IMG/VR virus record: IMGVR_UViG_2667527918_000004
Reading direction: 5' to 3' (one strand)
Length of the DNA: 8,883 bases
Source of the DNA: a virus
Taxonomy: Duplodnaviria; Heunggongvirae; Uroviricota; Caudoviricetes
Positions within the stretch are counted from its first letter, which is position 1; every line of letters starts with the position of its first letter. The translations under genes and the position numbers were made by a program. Positions 6,637 through 8,883 of the stretch are shown piece by piece. The notes beneath the pieces were generated by a model. The model ran no database searches, was not told where the DNA came from, and was given only the letters and a program-made list of their open reading frames with translations.

Positions 6637-8547
6637 TCACTCCTCCGGACAGCTTCGCTGCCAGTTCTTCAAGGGTCGGTTGTGCAGTTGCATCCTTGCG
6701 GGATGCAACTGCACAGCCAGATCAAGTTGCCAGCGTTGCACGGACACACGTAATGCCGCATAGGCATACACCAGGCAGTCCAGCGCTTCGTTACGCCGCT
6801 TTTTGTTATCCCACAACAGACGCATCTTTCCTTTTTCCCACTTTTCCACCAGTTCCTCCGCCACCAGTTGTTGTGCCTCTGTCTGCGAAAAAATCTCCGG
6901 ATTATCAGGAAAGCGGATGGCATACGATGTGGCCTCATTCACAGGGGTGGGATCGGCCTTCATTCGGGCATAGAGAATTTCTTTTGCGGTATCCGTCCCC
7001 ACCTCACACAGATACACACCCCGCTGATTGCGGGTTTTCGGCATGGTGATCACCGGCTTGCCATAGACAGAGGCACCTTTTACCGGCAGTACCCGGAAAA
7101 TACCGTGTTTTTTTGACCTCTGATACACGATTTCGCCATCGATCCCCCCGATATCCCAGCAGACACGGGAAATGGTCATTTCGGTACCGTCTGCATGGCG
7201 GTATTTTTTATTGATCGCCGCATCCACACGTAACAGCGTCTCTTCCTCATCAGGACGTCCCATGATGATGATTTTATCCACCAGAAAGGCTTCCTCTCCC
7301 GGAGCCCACCCCCAGACATACATCTCAAAACGGTTTCGCTGCGAGTCAATGCCCGCCGTCAGATAAACCACCCGGACAGGCACCGTTGCCGTGTAAGGCA
7401 CAACCTTATCCATCAGTACCTGGTGATCGAGTTTTTCGCCCACGGCCTCTTCCCAGGTCTCGCCCAGCGTGGTGTTCACAAAAGTTTTCACGCCGTTGGG
7501 ATCTTTCAGTGCATCCAGCCAGTCACAGACTATCTGTACCCTGGTGGTGAACGGACTGTACGCCGTCCATATATGGAAAGTGATGGAGCGCGGCGGCGGA
7601 ATTTCATTACCCGAAGCACTGAAAAACGTCAGACCGTCACACGTCCACATCCCGGTATTGTCACAAATCCAGCGCCCCCCGGTCTGATCAAGTTCAGACT
7701 GACGGATCACGCAGCCATTATGTTCACACAGGTAATACACCGTTTCCGGTTTACCCTTCTCCCATTTCAGGCCAAACGACGTCGCATCATCGCCAAACTT
7801 CAGATACTGCTCCTCCCCGCAATGAGGGCAAGGGACATAAAACCGCATGAAATGCGCAGATTCATTCGCAGCTTTTTCAATCTGACAGGAGCCTTTAATT
7901 TTTGGCGTTGAACCGCGTATGGATTTTGGCCATACCGAACCTTCAATACGTTTATCGCCAAGCAGTGTTGGCGAACCTTCTTTTTCCACATCCGGTTCAA
8001 ACGAGGAGAGTTCGTCATAGCAGACCACATCGACAGATTTTTCACGGTAGTTTTTGGCAGCAGCACCACCCAAACACCAGAACCCCACACCAGAGGAAAA
8101 ACGCTTCAGTGTGAGCGTATTATCCCGGTGTTTCCGGCCCAGCCAGGGAGAAAGTTTTTTCAGGCAAGGAACATCACGAATTGTTGCTTCCACGTGAGAC
8201 TTCATAAAATCTTCAGCAGCTGAGTCCGTCGGCTGAAAAAGAAGAGTGTTGCGGGATTTGTGCTCAATAAAATACCCGATCACACCAAGCACCATTTTTG
8301 TATAACCAACACGGGCAGATTTAATCAGGTTAACTGTACGAATCTCGTCATTGCCCATGCAGTTCATGATGGCGACCTGAAACTGCAGCGTTTTCCATTC
8401 CCCCTCACCGTATGACGATTCTTTAGGCAGGTAATAATTTTGATCGGCCCATTCTACAGCCGTCACCGGCAATACCCTGACCAGTGGCTGCAGTGCGATA
8501 GTGACTGCCACCATCATATTACTCAGTTGTTGTTCTGATATATTCAT
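6637..8547 (-). CDS. A: terminase large subunit, lambda gpA-like
   Basis: Extensive collinear matches to recalled lambda gpA: MNIS start, TAVEWAD.NYYLPKES, KSARVGY.KM.LGV..YFIEHK.RNTL, GKKHRDNTLT.KRF, FWCLGG.AAKNYREKSVDV, GSPT.LGDKRIEGSVWPKSIRGSTPK, HFMRF.V.CPHCGEEQYLKFGD, FHIWTAYSPFT, KTFVNTTLGETWE, YLTAGIDSQ, GASVYGKPV, LWD.KKRRNEALDC. I place the start at ATG 8545..8547 (MNIS...) rather than the ORF-track TTG at 8604. It overlaps the end of Nu1 by 29 nt, as in lambda. Confidence 0.95.
   Translation of the reverse strand: MNISEQQLSNMMVAVTIALQPLVRVLPVTAVEWADQNYYLPKESSYGEGEWKTLQFQVAIMNCMGNDEIRTVNLIKSARVGYTKMVLGVIGYFIEHKSRNTLLFQPTDSAAEDFMKSHVEATIRDVPCLKKLSPWLGRKHRDNTLTLKRFSSGVGFWCLGGAAAKNYREKSVDVVCYDELSSFEPDVEKEGSPTLLGDKRIEGSVWPKSIRGSTPKIKGSCQIEKAANESAHFMRFYVPCPHCGEEQYLKFGDDATSFGLKWEKGKPETVYYLCEHNGCVIRQSELDQTGGRWICDNTGMWTCDGLTFFSASGNEIPPPRSITFHIWTAYSPFTTRVQIVCDWLDALKDPNGVKTFVNTTLGETWEEAVGEKLDHQVLMDKVVPYTATVPVRVVYLTAGIDSQRNRFEMYVWGWAPGEEAFLVDKIIIMGRPDEEETLLRVDAAINKKYRHADGTEMTISRVCWDIGGIDGEIVYQRSKKHGIFRVLPVKGASVYGKPVITMPKTRNQRGVYLCEVGTDTAKEILYARMKADPTPVNEATSYAIRFPDNPEIFSQTEAQQLVAEELVEKWEKGKMRLLWDNKKRRNEALDCLVYAYAALRVSVQRWQLDLAVQLHPARMQLHNRPLKNWQRSCPEE
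6681..6715. repeat. perfect 15-bp inverted repeat (hairpin with 5-nt loop) inside the 3' end of A
   Basis: tgtgcagttgcatcc (6681..6695), loop ttgcg (6696..6700), ggatgcaactgcaca (6701..6715). Every position of the arms is Watson-Crick complementary. It lies 42 nt upstream of the A stop, on the minus strand. Confidence 0.8.
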
Positions 8548-8842
8548 CGAGTAAATCCGGTAATTTATCCCCCGCACGCGCGCACTGATTCGCTCCCTTA
8601 GCAATAAGGATTTTCAGATGATCAATATGACGCGGCGTTAAATCCGGGAACTGTCGTTGCATGGACAAAGGAATGGAGTCAAGCGTACTGGATAAAGCCA
8701 TCGCCAGCTTACTAAGGGCAAAAATACAAAATCCGGTATCGATAAGATTTCCTTTTGACACCTGATTTTTTAACTGCTGTGCGACAGCCTGTTCTGCGGT
8801 CAGTTCCCATCTGGCAATGAGTAGTTTGAGGTGTACTGGCAA
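8519..8842 (-). CDS. nu1: terminase small subunit, lambda Nu1-like, C-terminal (gpA-interacting) half only; N-terminal DNA-binding half not encoded in frame
   Basis: 107-aa ORF aligning to the C-terminal ~100 aa of recalled lambda Nu1 (LT..QA.AQ.LKN, FC.F.LS..A...S.LD..PLS.QR.FP.L..RH.D.LK, LP.LL.EYI). The first in-frame start is TTG at 8840..8842, and an in-frame stop (TAG, complement of 8852..8854) lies 3 codons upstream. Confidence 0.75.
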   Translation of the reverse strand: MPVHLKLLIARWELTAEQAVAQQLKNQVSKGNLIDTGFCIFALSKLAMALSSTLDSIPLSMQRQFPDLTPRHIDHLKILIAKGANQCARAGDKLPDLLDEYIRTTTE

Positions 8843-8883
8843 TAGCGGACACTACCATTTGTTCTTTTTTTAAGCAGCCATCT

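Noticed and set aside
6841-6870. Chi-like sequences (ccaccagt, twice)
   Set aside because: Near-misses only. No exact GCTGGTGG or its complement was found in my scan, which was by eye and not exhaustive.
6669-6938. Alternate-frame minus-strand ORFs inside known genes (6669..6938, 5052..5399, 1457..1723, 1907..2104, 3302..3628, 7800..8090)
   Set aside because: Out-of-frame overlaps within A, B, FI, E, C and A respectively. No evidence for a nested gene beyond chance ORFs in GC-rich sequence.
8548-8604. ORF-track N-terminal extension of A (TTG at 8604, MLRERISARVRGINYRIYS...) and of FI (1758..1790)
   Set aside because: The conserved lambda-like N-termini begin at internal ATGs (MNIS... at 8547; MATKE... 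at 1757, the latter with an RBS). The extensions are read-through of upstream overlap or intergenic sequence.

Overview
The whole window is a lambda-like phage head-morphogenesis and DNA-packaging module, all on the minus strand, in the same gene order as phage lambda: Nu1 (3' part only), A, W, B, C (with a nested Nu3-like scaffold region), D, E, FI, FII, Z, U. Gene calls rest on the supplied ORF translations compared with lambda protein sequences as I recall them, plus start codons, ribosome-binding sites and overlaps that I checked by hand; no database search was run. Genes are tightly packed, with no inserted cargo gene, CRISPR array, tRNA or mobile element, so I do not see a novel defence or accessory system here. 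The points worth a second look are local anomalies: (1) a diverged tandem repeat of about 150 nt in the scaffold-encoding 3' part of C, running into a 148-N assembly gap; (2) a portal gene (B) split by a +1 frameshift in a T6 homopolymer; (3) a Nu1 homologue whose frame is closed by a stop just upstream, so the N-terminal DNA-binding half is not encoded in frame here; (4) a perfect 15-bp inverted repeat inside the 3' end of A; (5) a terminator-like hairpin with a U-tract between E and FI. The sequence looks like a draft assembly of a lambdoid prophage or phage, so anomalies 1 and 2 may be assembly artefacts.
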